A stretch of 64,000 bases of DNA from the NCBI RefSeq assembly GCF_030144855.1, contig NC_082736.1, forward strand, positions 11,470,001 to 11,534,000, given 5' to 3'. Both the position numbers and the translations under genes were made by a program. Positions 51,421 through 64,000 of the stretch are shown one piece after another. The notes under the pieces were generated by a model. That model worked only from the letters and a program-made list of their open reading frames with translations. It made no database searches and was not told the DNA's origin. The stretch is from Hypanus sabinus (Eukaryota). Numbering within the stretch: the stretch's first letter is position 1; each line of letters begins with the position of its first letter.

Positions 51421-52019
51421 AGAAAACATGTGAGAATTGTAAATAGAATCGGTATGGGATGTGGGGGCGGGGGGGGGGGGGGGGTTGGATTTCCAGGAAC
51501 GGCAATAGACGACGACAAGCAACCAAACAATGCGGCGCGGCCATTACTTCATTAGCCTCATTCCCTGCAAGGATGTTTGTGTCACTCCAGTGTACAGTGG
51601 GCAAGGGGGTTTATACTCCCGCTGATGTTGAAACTTGTTTAAATTTCTTACTGGGTGCAATGTGTGGAGTGATGATCCAAAGAACAGCTGCCTCCTATCT
51701 TTCAGCAGTCCTCTTCAGATAGATGATGACAGGGTCACTGTGGAGAGCCGAATTTTCTATGCAATTCAACAGCAGCCACAATCCATGTTTTCCTTTGCAA
51801 AACAAAAGGGATGCGGAGAGCGTGGAAGTTACAGCAAGTCAAGTGAATGTAGAATTTGGCAAGGAAAGTTTACAGAGAATGTCAGACAACCCAGACAAGA
51901 ATGGTCTTTGAGAGCTTAGTGTCCCTGTGCACAGCAGGGGACTGGAGCCATTTTGAGCACCAAAACAAGATGAGGATGCACACGAAGAGTTCCAGTCTGA
52001 CAGTTAACGTTGGTTACAA

Positions 52020-52152
52020 GCAAGAGAAATGTGCAGATGCTGGAAATCCGAGCAACACCCACAAAATGATAAAGGAACTTAGCAGACCAGGAAATATCAA
52101 TGGAAAAGAGTAAACAGTCGACGTTTCGGACCGGCACCCTTGAGCAGGACTG
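52020..52152 (-). repeat. Penelope-terminus repeat with hammerhead remnant
   Basis: Minus strand: cagtc-CTGCTCA-agggtgccggtcc-GAAACGTC-gactg. Stem I and the cleavage box are intact; the CUGAUGA box is mutated. Confidence 0.6.
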
Positions 52153-52489
52153 ATATTGGTCCTTTAACTTACTTACACCTCGGTGGGACTCGGTGGGAGT
52201 TTATAGCTGGCAACAAAGCCCCGGTTTAATGTGCTCGGAGTGATGGAATCTATCACTGAGTTTAACAACGAACGGTGATGAGATACAGATTCTCAGGGGA
52301 CAGATGAGGAAAGAGAGTGAACGCCCCTTTCTTCTCGGAAGACTCTACCGTCCTGGGCTCACAGCAGCCTGAGTTATTCCACCTTCCCAATGCCCAATGA
52401 ATTGATCGCGTAAACACAAGTTCTTTGTCCGCTTTTATTTGTCCTTTTAAGACAATATTCTTCTTGAAGAATGCTGCAAAAGTTTTGCT

Positions 52490-52561
52490 TCTCCCGTCGG
52501 GGAATTGAACCCCGGTCTCCCGCGTGACAGGCGGGGATACTAACCACTATACTAACAAAGA
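52490..52561 (-). tRNA. tRNA-Asp: tRNA-Asp(GTC), acceptor stem damaged (probable pseudogene)
   Basis: Minus strand TCTTTGTTAGTATAGTGGTTAGTATCCCCGCCTGTCACGCGGGAGACCGGGGTTCAATTCCCCGACGGGAG matches vertebrate tRNA-Asp except in the acceptor stem (TCTTTGT vs TCCTCGT; one G missing on the 3' side). A TTTT run follows at 52478-52481. Confidence 0.9.
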
Positions 52562-53994
52562 ACTGCAAATGAAACCTCTTGGCATAAGTATTCAAGAGTA
52601 CACGAAGATAAATAGATTTGTCTTGCTGTTTATTGATTGTAATACTGGAGCCTTTCACTCGTGTCCTTCCCACAACACTGTCTCAGTTTTCTCGCTATCT
52701 CGCTATTATCGCTATTTCTCCAGCGATATGGTCACTTTTTTGTGTTCAACGACTAGTGAAACGTACCGTTCTCATTCGAGCCCAACTCCGTGTTGTTGCA
52801 AAGATCATTTTTAATCACAGTATATATATATCAGATTTTGTTATGGTTCAGCAGGGAAACGATTTGTAGCTCATCGAATCCACTTCAACCAAACACTTCA
52901 CTGAAAAATGTGTATATCCGGGCGGACGGAGAACGGCGACCTAAACTGGATATATCAGGAACTGCAGCAGAGTGATGCATCAGAGTCACCAGAGTTTGAA
53001 ACCAGTCCCAGCCACGGTCATACACTACTGGAGACGGTTCAGGACCCGAGTCCCCCGCAGAATAATAGAACGATGGTGATATAATGCTGAACATAGCTGT
53101 CTTCCAGGTAATTGACGCAGATTCGATTTCCGACGATCGTAGTTGGTAGACTTTTGATCTTCTTCCATCGAAACTGTCAGATGTAAACCACTCACAGAAT
53201 CCAATCCGTGCAGACTTCTAGCGTCCGGGTGCTCTAACCCTGCCAACTGGCGTACGAACTCCCGAAATTATTTAAATATCTGAGTGGGTGTAAAATTACT
53301 GTTCACCCTAGGCTGGCCGGTGGATCATGGATGGATTTGCTGTCCCTCACATTTTCCCCGGTGAACCGATCAATACAGCTCCCTGTTCTCACTCCAATCC
53401 AGGTTCCCACAACAAACCAGGACACATCAAAACGTGTCGGATGATGTGTTCACACTGAGTGGGTCAGTCTACTCACCACCCACTCTGTGTAATTATACCC
53501 TGTGGCATCTCTCTCCTCATTCCCCGGCCCCATCATTACGACATGATAGATAGGTATCTTATGGATAGGGGAATCAAGGGATATGGGGACAAGGAAGGAA
53601 CCGGGTATTGATAGTAGATGATCAGCCATGATCTCAAAATGGCGGTGCAGGCTCGAAGGGCCGAATGGTCAACTTCTGCACCTATTGTCTATTGACATCT
53701 GCAGAGTTCCTCATGTTTGCTCAATAAATTTAACATTTTATTCTGATTAACAAGTATAATATGGAATCAAAGTATCATGCAACCCTGACACAGGCCTTTC
53801 GGCCCACAGTGTCCATGTTGACAATCAACTACCGATCACACCAGAAAAGAGCTCGCTTACCAGCTATTGCCTCCAGTATCTTGAGGATTCCAGTGCTCGT
53901 CCGGACAATTCTCTAATATTGTGAGTGTACCTGCCTCCACCAGTCACTCAGCATGGGTTCCAGTTTCCAAACACCATCTGCATGAAGTTCTTCA

Positions 53995-55118
53995 TCCGAT
54001 AAAAGAGAGTTGAGGGTATATATAGGACCAATACAACATGACGCTGGAGATATATTAATGTGAGATGCAGAGATGGCAGAGGAACTGAATGAGTATTTTG
54101 CATCATTCTTCACAGCGGAAGTCAGCTGCAGTATACCGGCCATTCTAGAGTGTCAATGAAGTGAAGTATGTGTAGTGGAAATTACGACCGAGAAGGTGCT
54201 CGGTATGCTTAGTGGTCTGATGGTGGATGAATCTCCTCGACCTGATGGAATGCAACCTCGGGTTCTGGAGGAAGTACCTGGAGAGATTGTGGAGGTATTA
54301 ACAATGATCTTTCAAGACTTGATAAATTCTGGCATTGTCCTGGATGACTGGAACATTGCAAATGTTACTCTCCTATTTAAGAAGGGCACGAGGCAGCAGG
54401 ATGCAAGCTAGAGACCAATTTGCGTGACATCAGTGGTTGGAAAGTTGTTGGAGTCGATAGTTAGGGATGATATTCCGGAGTAGCTGGAGAAACATGATAA
54501 GATAGGCCAAAGCCAGCATGGCTTCCTGAAAGGAAAATGCTGCCTGGCTAACTTACTGCAATTCTTCGAGGAAATTACAAGCAGGGTAACAAAGGGGATG
54601 CAGTGGATGTGGTGCCCTTGGATTTTCAGAAGGCATTTGACGAGGTGCTGCACAGGAGACTGTTCAGACAGATAAGGGCCCTGAAATAACAGGCAGGTAA
54701 CTAGCATGGGGGGAGCATTGCTTGTTCGGCAGAGAGCAGAGAGTGGAATAAATGCATACTATTCTGGCTGGCTGCCCGTTACTGTTGGTGTTCCACAGGG
54801 TTCGGTGTTGGAACAGTTGCTTCTTATGATGTATGTCCATGACTTGGACTATGGGATTAATCAATTAATGTCTAAATCTGCCGATAATACAAAGATAGGT
54901 GAAGGAGTCGGTGGTGTTGAGAATACAGAGACCCTGCAGAGAGACTTAGATAGTTTAAAGGAATGGGCAAAGAAGTGGCAAATGAAATAACATATTGGAA
55001 AGAGTATGGTCATGCACATTGGTGGAAGAAATAGACGGACAGAATACTATTTAGCTGGTGAGATAATTCAAAGATGCAGGGATGCACAGGGAATTTAGGA
55101 GCCCTTGTACAGGATACC
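53995..55118 (+). mobile_element. CR1 LINE ORF2 RT region
   Basis: 'ESPRPDGMQPRVLEEV..DDWNIANVTLLFKKG' and 'VTVGVPQGSVLEQLLLMMYVHDLD..KSADNTKIG'. Confidence 0.85.
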
Positions 55119-55119
55119 C

Positions 55120-56510
55120 TGCCGCCACCATCGTCCCCGTGCCGAAGAAGTCTTCAGTGTCTTGCCTAAATAACTACGTCCCGTTGCACTCACATCCATG
55201 ATCATGAAGTGTTGCGAGAGGCTCGTCATGAGGCATATCAAGACCCTGCGAGCCCCATCACTGGACCCACTGCAGTTTGCGTACCGTCCGAACCTCTCAA
55301 CAGACGATGACATTGCCAATCACCCTCCACCTGGCCCTAACCCACCTGGACTAAAAAGGCACATATGGTCAGATGCTGTTCTTAGACTTCAGCATTGGAC
55401 ACAATCATCCCTCAGAAAATGGAAAGCTGAGCCTACTGGGCCTGAAAACCTCCCTCTGCAACTGGATCCTAGACTTCCTGGCTAGGAGACGTCAGGAAGT
55501 CCGGATCGGGAGCAGCATCTCCAACGCCATTACACTGAGCACGGGGGCCCCCCAGGGCTGTGTGCTCAGTCCACTGCTGTTCACTCTGCTGACCCACGAC
55601 TGTGCAGCAACGCACAGCTCGAACCATATCATCAAGTTCGCCGATGACACGACCGTGGTAGGTCTCATCAGCAAGAATGACGTGTCAGCTTACAGAGAGG
55701 AGGTGCAGAGTATAATGGACTGGTGCAGAGCAAACAACCTGTCTCTGAATGTGCACAGAACAAAAGAAATGGTTGATGACTTCAGGAGAGCATGGAGCGA
55801 CCACTGCCCGCTGAACATTGATGGTTCCTCTGTAGAGATCGTTAAGAGCACCAAATTTCTTGGTGTTCACCTGGCGGAGAATCTCACCTGGTCCCTCAAC
55901 ACCAGCTCCATAGCAAAGAAAGCCCAACAGCATCTCTACTTTCTGCGAAGGCTGAGGAAAGTCCATTTCCCACACCCCGTCCTCATCACATTCTACAGGG
56001 GTTGTATTGAGAGCATCCTGAGCAGCTGCATCCCCGCCTGGTTCGGAAATTGCACCATCTCGGATCTCAAGACCCTGCAGCGGATAGTGAGGTCAGGTGA
56101 GAAGATCATCGGGGTTTCTCTTCCCGTCATCGCGGACATTTACACTACACGCTTCATCCACAAAGGAAACAGGAATATGAAGGACCCCTCGCACCCCTCA
56201 TACAAACACTTCTCCCTCCTGCCGTCTAGGAAAAGGCGCCGAAGCATTCGGGCTCTCACGACCAGACTATATTCTTCCCCCAATCTGTCAGACTCCTCAA
56301 TACTCAGAGCCTGGACTGACACCTTACTGCCCTATTGTCCTGTTCATTATTTATTGTTATGCCTGCACTCTTTTGTGCACTTTATGCAGTCCTGGGTAGG
56401 ACTTTAGTCTAGTGTAGTTGTTGTTTGTTTTTCTCTGTGTTGTTTTTACATAGCTGAGTCTAGTTTTTGTACTGTGTCCTGTAACACCATGGTCCTGAAA
56501 AACGCTGTAA
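55120..56510 (+). mobile_element. Rex1/Babar-like LINE, 5'-truncated, RT largely open
   Basis: ORF 55373..56407 (344 aa) contains '[21 protein letters not shown]', '[12 protein letters not shown]', 'KFLGVHL' and '[13 protein letters not shown]'. The upstream frameshifted piece reads '[17 protein letters not shown]'. Confidence 0.9.
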
Positions 56511-57199
56511 GGACGGAGCTGTGTGCTCCCAGCTTCCATAATCTGAGAAAAAGCCAGAGAGTAAACAATAAATAATGAGGAATGGGAACTCTGAGAGCAC
56601 ATCTAAAGTTCAAAGTAATATCATTACCAATATTGCACTCTGGGGTTTATTTACTTGCTGGCCTACACAGTGGATCTGAGAAATACAACAACGTCAATGA
56701 ACGAAAAACTACACACAAGCAGAATGGCAAACAACCAATGTGAAAATAAGTAAATTAATAATAAATAGATAGATAGCAGTAAAAAAGAAATAACACTTAG
56801 ATATGAGCCTGCATGTTTGAGGACTGCGCCTGTAAGCCACGGCATTGTCATGCGCCGGGATGGTCGTTGGGAGCCTGTTGAGAGATGAGCTCGGTGGGCT
56901 GGGATGTCTGGACTATGAACATACACATTCCGAGTCGATGTATTTTACTGATATTCTGAATGCGCTTGTTGACTTATATGTGCATGGACTGGGCATCAAG
57001 CCTCGGTGTGGCGGGGGTGGGTGGGGGTGGCTGTGGTGTTTGTCGGGAATATTTTATTCCTTGAATCTGATTTTGGTCCGTTGATAATGTGTTTTAGCAC
57101 CTGGATGCACTCGGATAGCACCGGCTCCTCATGGCCACATTATGGAGAGGACAGGATTATACCAGGATGTGTGTGGAGAAGTTTTACCGGGTTAAGTCC

Positions 57200-58316
57200 T
57201 GGGCGCTCAGGATGAGGCTGTTCGTTACAGATATCTCCTTCTCTCAGCTTCTGCGTCTCCGCTGCATCTGCTCTCAGAATCAGGTTTTCATTCTAGAACA
57301 AAGGAGATGCCCTCAAAAGGGCGTCTCTCCCTCCACCATCAACTCAACTCTCAACTGCATCTCTTCCGTTTCCAGCATTTCTGCTCGAACACCATCCTCC
57401 CTCTACGTCACCAGTGACATAGTTTCGCTTGTCCACACCTACCACCACACCAGCCTCCGTGGCCGGCACATAATTATCTGTAGCTTCCGCCATCCCCAAT
57501 TGGATCCCATCACGAAGCACATCTTTCCCTCCTCTGCAATATGACACCCCCACACACTTTATGATTCCACACAGACCGCTCCCTATGCGACTTCCTTGTT
57601 CGTTCGCCCGACCCCACAGATCTCTGTCCTGTTTCTTAACCCTACAAATGGAGCAAGTGCTAAACCTGCCCCTGCACCTCGTCCCTCATTGGTTTTCAAT
57701 GTCCATGTGAGGCGACATTTCACCTACGAGTTTGTTTGGGATCATATACTGTGTCTGGTGCTCCCGGTGTGGCCTCCTGTATATTGGTGAATAAGACGAA
57801 GATTGGGATACCATTTCACCGAGCACCTACTGCTTGAAGAAGTGAGATCTATCCGTGGCCACCAATTGTATTTCCACTTCCCATTCCAATTCTGATATGT
57901 CAATCCATGGCCTCCTACTGTCACGATGAGGCCACACTCAGGATGGAGGAACAACACCTTACATTCCGTCTGGGCAGCCTGCAACTTGATGGCATGCACA
58001 TTGATTTCTCGAACTTTCATTAATGCCCCCACCCCACCCGCTCTCTCCTTCATCAGTCCCCTTCCCTTTTTCCGTCACTCACTTTATCTCTTTGCCTGTC
58101 CATCGCCTCCCTCTGGTACTCCTCACCTTTTTCTTTCATCCAAGGCCTTCTATCCCTACAAATCAAACTCCCCCTTCTCCAACCCCTTATCTCACCCTGT
58201 TCCCTCCCCCGCCATTTAAATCCACTCCTCATCTTTGTTTCTCTACAGCTGCCAAGTGGTCTAGGCCCGAAACGTAGAATGAACTTTTTCCCCATCGATG
58301 CTGCCTGGACTGTTGA

Positions 58317-58355
<39 letters not shown>

Positions 58356-58395
58356 ATTGCTTGGAACTCCAGCATCTGCAGTTTTTCTCTTGTTT
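57200..58395 (+). mobile_element. Penelope-like element 3' half (RT thumb + GIY-YIG + terminus), decayed
   Basis: 'ISFSQLLRLRCICSQ', then a frameshifted GIY-YIG region (~57700-58020) homologous to 27867-28193, a pyrimidine tract, and a terminus containing (TG)n at ~58319-58352. Confidence 0.8.
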
Positions 58396-58979
58396 CTGTG
58401 ATGCATGAAAACGGCTTCGCGTTTGGTGACGGAATCTGGGCCCAGAACAAAGTGTTTGCCAACTTGGTCTGGGCCCGGTGCCCGGGTCCTAATGTGAGGT
58501 ATCATACACTGTATAGACTATATAAACGACGGCCTGATCGGAGGCGTGAGCTGACTTCCCTCGCTCTCCGTGATCTTTACTCCTCTCTCCATGGTGCAGT
58601 TCCGTCATTCAATCAATTTAAACGCCGGCCCAGACAGACTGAAGACTTCTTATTGGTCGCGACGAGAGCCGGTTTCTCTTTATCTCCGCGATAGTCATCT
58701 CTATGGCGCTGAGCCTGAGAAGACTGCCCCCGGCTGCTGTGCACCGTGCCCGCTAATATGATGAACTGATAAGGGAGACTTTCGGCCGACTCCAAATTGT
58801 TGTTCGCTTCAATTGTTTACATGATTTGTATTTTTTTTCTCTTTTGCGTCGACTGTTGGTCTTTTATTCAGTAAATTACTTTTCCCCTGCTAATTCAATC
58901 TTCAATCTAGAAATAACTTGTTTCAGAACATCACCTGCTCAGAATTCGGGGGGCCATGTAGTCGACTCACAGTAAATCA

Positions 58980-59288
58980 CGGGTAGTTTGCTGTGAGTGT
59001 TAGAGTGTTGACCGTTTAATCTGCTTGGAAGTAGGTACAGAGGAGATGTCAGGAGTAGGTATTTTTGTGCGCAAAGAGTAGTGAGTGCATGGAAAGGGCT
59101 GCCGGCGACTGTGGTTGAGGTGGATACAATAGGGTCTTGTAAGAAGGTAGATACATGAGGCTTAGAAATATAGAGGGCTCTGGTCATCCCCAGGTAATTT
59201 CTAAGGTAAGTACATGTTCGGCACAGCATTGTGGGCTGAAGGGCCGGTATTGTGGGGTAGGTTTTCTATGTTTCTATATTTCTATGTT
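58980..59288 (+). mobile_element. CR1 LINE 3' end with (TTCTATGT)n tail
   Basis: CR1-type 3' UTR ending 'ttttctatgtttctatatttctatgtt'. Confidence 0.75.
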
Positions 59289-60084
59289 CATTAACGGAAC
59301 TCATAATTAGTCGAAGGTCACGCTTTACTGTCTCTGCACAAACAACAGACTAACGATGCTGACTCCGGGCCAACAACTTGGAAAGTGAATTCTACTGTTC
59401 CCTCTGTGCCAATACTCACTCAGACAACTTGTCCAGTTTATGGCACCGGAGTAGGGGGATCTTCGTGGGCCAAACATTTGATCATTTCCTCTCCGGCCCC
59501 TGGCGTGTGGGTTCTTCTTCGCGATGGGGATTCTCCGGAGTTGTCACTGACAGCACAATCGAAGTGTCCACATTTATCCCTGTTACCAACTAAACATTAC
59601 ATTCCAGAGTCATTGGCTTGCTGTAGGTCATTTGGTTGACCGTTTATACCATTTTATTAGCTCTGCTCCAGGCCAGCATTCATTTATTACCCTCTTCCCA
59701 GCAACTGATAGTCTACAATTTATGGCTGTTTGTTCTCTTCAGTAAGCAGCTCGAATCTCACTCCAGGCAGCCATCGATACCCACAAACCCGCATCTTCTG
59801 ATATATCAAACGACACCTCACAGATCTCCCGTCCACTAAATTTCCTGAAACATCATTGTGTCTACTTTAAAATACAGAAAACACAGCAACTCCATCTCAC
59901 AAAACGGAGAATGTAAAACAGTTTCACAAAATGTCAGCCTCCATCTCCAATCACATGGCTGGAACAAAGACAATTGATATGTCTGCTTCCACTATCCCTG
60001 ATCCGTCGAGTTCTGCGCTTTCTTTCATATTTTACATCCACTCTGATCAACAAGCTAATGTTCCCTTTTCCGGAACGAGGCTGA

Positions 60085-63047
60085 GATCGTACTTGATCGT
60101 TGGGATAGGGCTGACCCTACCTCGGAGACGGAGGCGTCGACCTCATCAATGAACTGACGGGAGGGTCCAGCATGGGAGCGGTTGTGAACCGCCTCCTCAG
60201 GTGAGTGAATGACGAATCAGCCTCGGAATCCCAACAAAAATGTATTTTAGGCGAGGTACGTCGGGTAAGGGGCGCCGCCACCTGACTGTAATCCCTGATA
60301 AATCGGCGATCCGTTTTGCAAACCCCCCAGAAAACGCTGAAAGTGCTTGGGTGTTGTGGGTTTGGGCCATTCTTCCACCGCACGGATTTTCTCGAGGTCT
60401 GCCCTCAGCTGCCCACTCTCAATGATGTAGCCCAGGAAGCTGACCGAAGGGACGTGGAACTCACATTTCTCAGCCTTCACAAATAACTTGTTCTCCCACA
60501 GTCTCTGGAAGGCTGGACGGTCATGGTGAATGTGGTTCTGGGGGCTGCTAGACAATAGTAAGATATCATCTAGGTAGCCGAAACCGAAAGGAATAATAAA
60601 GTCCCTCTGCATATGATTCATTAGGGCTTCATTAGGGGGCATTGGTGAGGCGAAACAAGCATTCAGACTGGCCGAAATGTGTATTAAAAGCCGTCTTCCA
60701 CTCATCTCCGTCCCTCATCCTGACTAGATGGTAGGCGCTTCGATTGTCCACCTCCGAGAAGATGGTGGCTCTGTGAAGAGTGAATGAGGGGTAGTGGGTA
60801 CTTCTTTTTAACTGTTATATTGTTTAGTCCTCGGTCATCAATACAAGGACAATTCGTCTCCTGCTTCTTCATTACAAAGAAGAAACCGTCGCCTATCGTG
60901 GAGGATGAATGTCGAATAATGCCCGCCGCTAAGGACCCACTAATATATTTCTCCACGGCTTCTCTCTCCGCGCGGGATAAGTAATAAAGACGACTGGTGG
61001 GCAACGAGGCTCCGGGGAGAAGGTCGATAGCAAAATCATACGGGAGGTGCGGAGGCAGGGAAAGAGCCCGTTGTTTGCTTAATACGTCCCAGGTCATGGA
61101 ATTCTGCAGGGACTCTGGACAAGGCGAGGGCTTCCAAGGCAGGCGAGGTCGTGGGAACCTCCATAATGGGTAGAGCAGACAGCAGACAGGTAGCGCGGCA
61201 AAACTGGCTCCAACTGGCTATACTCCCGCTAGACCAGTCGATGTAGGGGTTGTGCTGGTTCAGACAGGGACATCCTAGAAGTTCAGTGGCTTGATGTGAA
61301 TGGGTGAGATTAACACTACCCAAATCAAAAAGAGAGTGGAATGTTCTGTCGCCAGAGCTGCGCAGTACTTCTTACATTAATATTTTAAAATATAGACTCA
61401 ATCAAATCAATTTAGGGGATCGAGTCAACAAAGCTCACTTTGCAATTTAACTCTCAGGCCGTTCACACCGACTGCGCGTTATAACAGTTGTCCGGCGGCG
61501 CTTGCGGAGCACCAAGCTGAATCAGAATCATACCTCCTCTCGATGATTTCCAGACAGAATCAAGGTCAGCGCTGGCCTACAGTGGGCAAACCGAGCCAGC
61601 AGTTTTTGTGCAGCGCCCGGGTCTCCAGAGGGATACTTAACGTCTCCCGAGTTATTCTGGCCCGGGAGATTATGTCCTCGTCCAGCAGATTTCCTTCGGC
61701 ACCGGAATCCACCAAGCCAGATAGGGACAGGGACTTGTCGATAGTTCACAGTAGCCGAGATCTGCATCCGGGTCTCGGGGACTGAAGGAAGTGTCGTCCG
61801 GCACACCTGGATCCTCTTTCTACTAGTGGTCCCTCCCTTTTGGCCGCAGGACAGGGATCCTGGAAATGTCCCGGCTAGTCGCAATGGACAAAATCCCCAG
61901 CTCCCTGCCTCCTGCTGGATAGAGAGATCAGAGAGTCCAGGCTGTCCGCGTCCTCCCTCGCTGCCAATTCATCTTTTGTCTTATCTGAGAGGCCCTGTCG
62001 AAACATTTCCCGTAGAGCCTCGTCATTCCACCCAGAATCGGCCGCCAATGTTCGGAACTCGATGGAGTATTTTGCTACGCTTCGCGAAGCCTGACAGAGA
62101 GTTATCAAGCCCTTAGCGGCGTCCTTACCGCGAATGGGGTGTTCAAAGACCTTCCTCATTTCGGAGACGAAAGAGGGGAAGGAGGAACAGACCTCTGGTT
62201 GGTTGTCGCAGATCGCGGTGGTCCATGCCAAGCAACACCACGTAGCAGCCCCATGATGTACACAATCTTTGATCTGTCCGAGGTGTACGGACGTGGCTGT
62301 TGCTCAAAGACCAAAGAGCTTTGTAATATAAGGCCTGCCACTTCCCTAGGTTCCCAGCGTAGGATTTCGGCCCGGGTATGTACAGTTCTCCAGGGGACTG
62401 TGTTGCCGACCAAAGGGGCGTGAACATCCCAGATTGTGCGGTTTGGTCAGTCGGGGTTGTTGGAAGGGACGGAGTAAGGGAAGTGGATGCCCGGTCAACC
62501 TGCTAACTGACCTTCCTCACATTCGTGGACACACACGAAGGTTTTCCGTGACCTCTCTGAACAGTTGGTCGTGGGTGCCCAGTAGGTAGCCCTGGCTGGC
62601 GGGGGCCTGTTGCACGATGTCCGCGTCCGCTGGGTTCACTCTTGGCCAGTTCGCTCAGTTGCAAGCACGAGGCTGAGGGCGACCTCAAGTGCAGGACACA
62701 GGCGCGAAGGCAGAGACGTGAGGCGTTAGCACCGTCGCTAACGAGGAACCGGTCCCCAGGAGAGTTTTACACGGAGACAAGGTTTACGACGATATATCCA
62801 GGAAATGATGCGGAGCTGAGAACCGACAGTCCTGAGGAAGCAGGAAACGAGGTTTACTCACACCAGAGTCGACCAACGAACCGGCAAACCAGAGCTGTGA
62901 CGCTCGAGTTTTATCCTATGTTCGCTAAAGGGAACCCGGTGTGCTGTAATTAGCGGAACTGGGAATGATTGGAAATCAGACGACGGGATTAAAGCACAAT
63001 TAAGAAGGTAATATCAAGATGGAGAATTGCCAGTCGGGACCCTGACA
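60085..63047 (-). mobile_element. Ty3/Gypsy LTR retrotransposon (sushi-like): 5' LTR, gag, protease, RT, start of RNase H; 3'-truncated and frameshifted
   Basis: gag: 'SFVSEMRKVFEHP..YSIEFRTLAADSGWNDEALREMFRQGLS'. RT: '[40 protein letters not shown]' and '[23 protein letters not shown]'. RNase H: 'EVDAS..VGSALSQR' at ~60100-60150. No integrase or 3' LTR is visible. Confidence 0.92.
62658..63047 (-). repeat. Putative 5' LTR of the Gypsy element
   Basis: The minus strand starts TGTCAGGG at 63047 and ends '...gtgtcctgcacttgaggtc..cgtgcttgcaac' just before the gag start region (~62640). Confidence 0.55.
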
Positions 63048-63569
63048 GTCTCTTTTTCTTCTGTGTGCTTCCAACATCGTCAGTTTTGGTTTTTTATTCT
63101 CATTTCCCTGCAGCATTTTCCTCGATTTTCAATACAACGCAATCGGCTCCGATCTAGCACCTGCTCTCCCATCCTCAACACCACCACCACCGTTTGTGGC
63201 CGGAGCGATCTGCACCGGATTTCGTCTCATTGCTTTCTAATGCGTCTATGTTTAAAGCCCATGACTCTGCCTGTTCGATTCCACAACAAATCTGAGCTGT
63301 GGTGATGCTCCTTTACCCTGATCGTTGGTGCACTGTGCTTTCGCATAATTCATCCCGTAACAGTTCCTACCGTTATCGTTCCGTGAATCCTGCCTGCCGG
63401 AACACTGCTATGGTCGGACATGGATCATTTCGTTTCACAACCTCATTCAATAACATCAGTACTGGCGAGCTCTGAAGGCACAGTATCAACTTGTGATTTT
63501 GTTTTATCTTTCGTTCCGCGCTTTCTATCTCACTGCTGAATATTTCGGAGTTTAATTGTCTCGTTTGAC

Positions 63570-63790
63570 AATGAAACTCCCAGTATCGGGTAGCGTATGA
63601 GGCAGTGGACTCGGGCTGACTGTCTGAGAATCTCTCAGAAAAATACTGCTGCGCCGTGATATTGAAAATGGCGGACAGCAGGCAGCGAAGTCAACTGTTG
63701 AATGGTGAGAATCAAAACTTGATCCAAACGGTTTTCTTCGACATACAGAAGTCGCGCTGGATGCTGCGTCCATTGGCCGCGGGAAACTGC
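63570..63790 (+). promoter_or_regulatory. CpG-rich promoter-like region with possible first coding exon
   Basis: ZNF143-like 'aactcccagtat' at ~63575 and YY1-type AAAATGGCGG at 63665-63674, which contains an ATG at 63668 in strong context. A donor-like G|GTGAGA lies at 63704/63705. Confidence 0.35.
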
Positions 63791-63864
63791 CCCTGTGTAC
63801 GTGGTTGACAGGAGTAAAGACGTGGTGGGAGACAGGGGACTCACCGTGGTTAGGACCAAATCAC

Positions 63865-64000
63865 AAACAAAAGAGAGTCTCCAGATACTGGAAATAAAAA
63901 TAATACACACAATGCTGGAGGAACTCAGCAAAGCAGGCAGCATCCATGGAAACGAGAAAACGGTCGACATTTCGGCCTATACCCTTCACTAGGACAGTAA
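63865..64000 (-). repeat. Penelope-terminus repeat with hammerhead remnant
   Basis: 'aatgctggaggaactcagcaaagcaggcagcatc...ggtcgacatttcggcctatacccttcactaggacag'. Confidence 0.65.

Noticed and set aside
51700-51960. Possible coding exon after the pyrimidine-rich '...ctcttcag'
   Set aside because: There is no recognisable protein motif or convincing donor site, so it cannot be supported from sequence alone.
53190-53260. Second tRNA-like sequence ('ggttagagcac' on the minus strand)
   Set aside because: Only a D-loop-like fragment is visible; I could not build a cloverleaf or find a B box.
55373-56407. Active or domesticated reverse transcriptase gene (longest ORF in the window)
   Set aside because: It is a 5'-truncated Rex1-like LINE with no endonuclease. 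It is frameshifted and deleted at the RT N-terminus and frameshifted near its C-terminus.

Overview
This is repeat-rich vertebrate DNA, probably from a cartilaginous fish (shark or ray); that assignment is inferred from the repeat families and the H1 sequence. The window holds a dispersed, partly decaying replication-dependent histone cluster. It reads H4(+), frameshifted H3(+) and H1(-) at 14.6-17.2 kb; H2A(-) and a 5'-truncated H2B(-) at 30.9-33.0 kb; and an orphan H2A-type promoter plus a stop-lost H2B(-) at 40.4-41.7 kb. All six histone coding sequences keep a canonical 16-nt 3' stem-loop. Also present are a damaged tRNA-Asp(GTC), a C2H2 zinc-finger relic, two CpG-rich promoter-like modules with the same motif order, and a ~4.2 kb inverted segmental duplication. 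The rest is mostly decayed mobile elements: CR1, Rex1/Babar-like and I-clade LINEs, Penelope-like elements with hammerhead-ribozyme remnants, two Tc1 copies, a truncated Ty3/Gypsy element and a 45/46-bp minisatellite. Most short ORFs in the track are transposon debris. I found no convincing new multi-gene system. The best leads concern how this histone cluster is organised and decays, the shared promoter module, and the Penelope hammerheads. Repeat boundaries were estimated by eye and are approximate.
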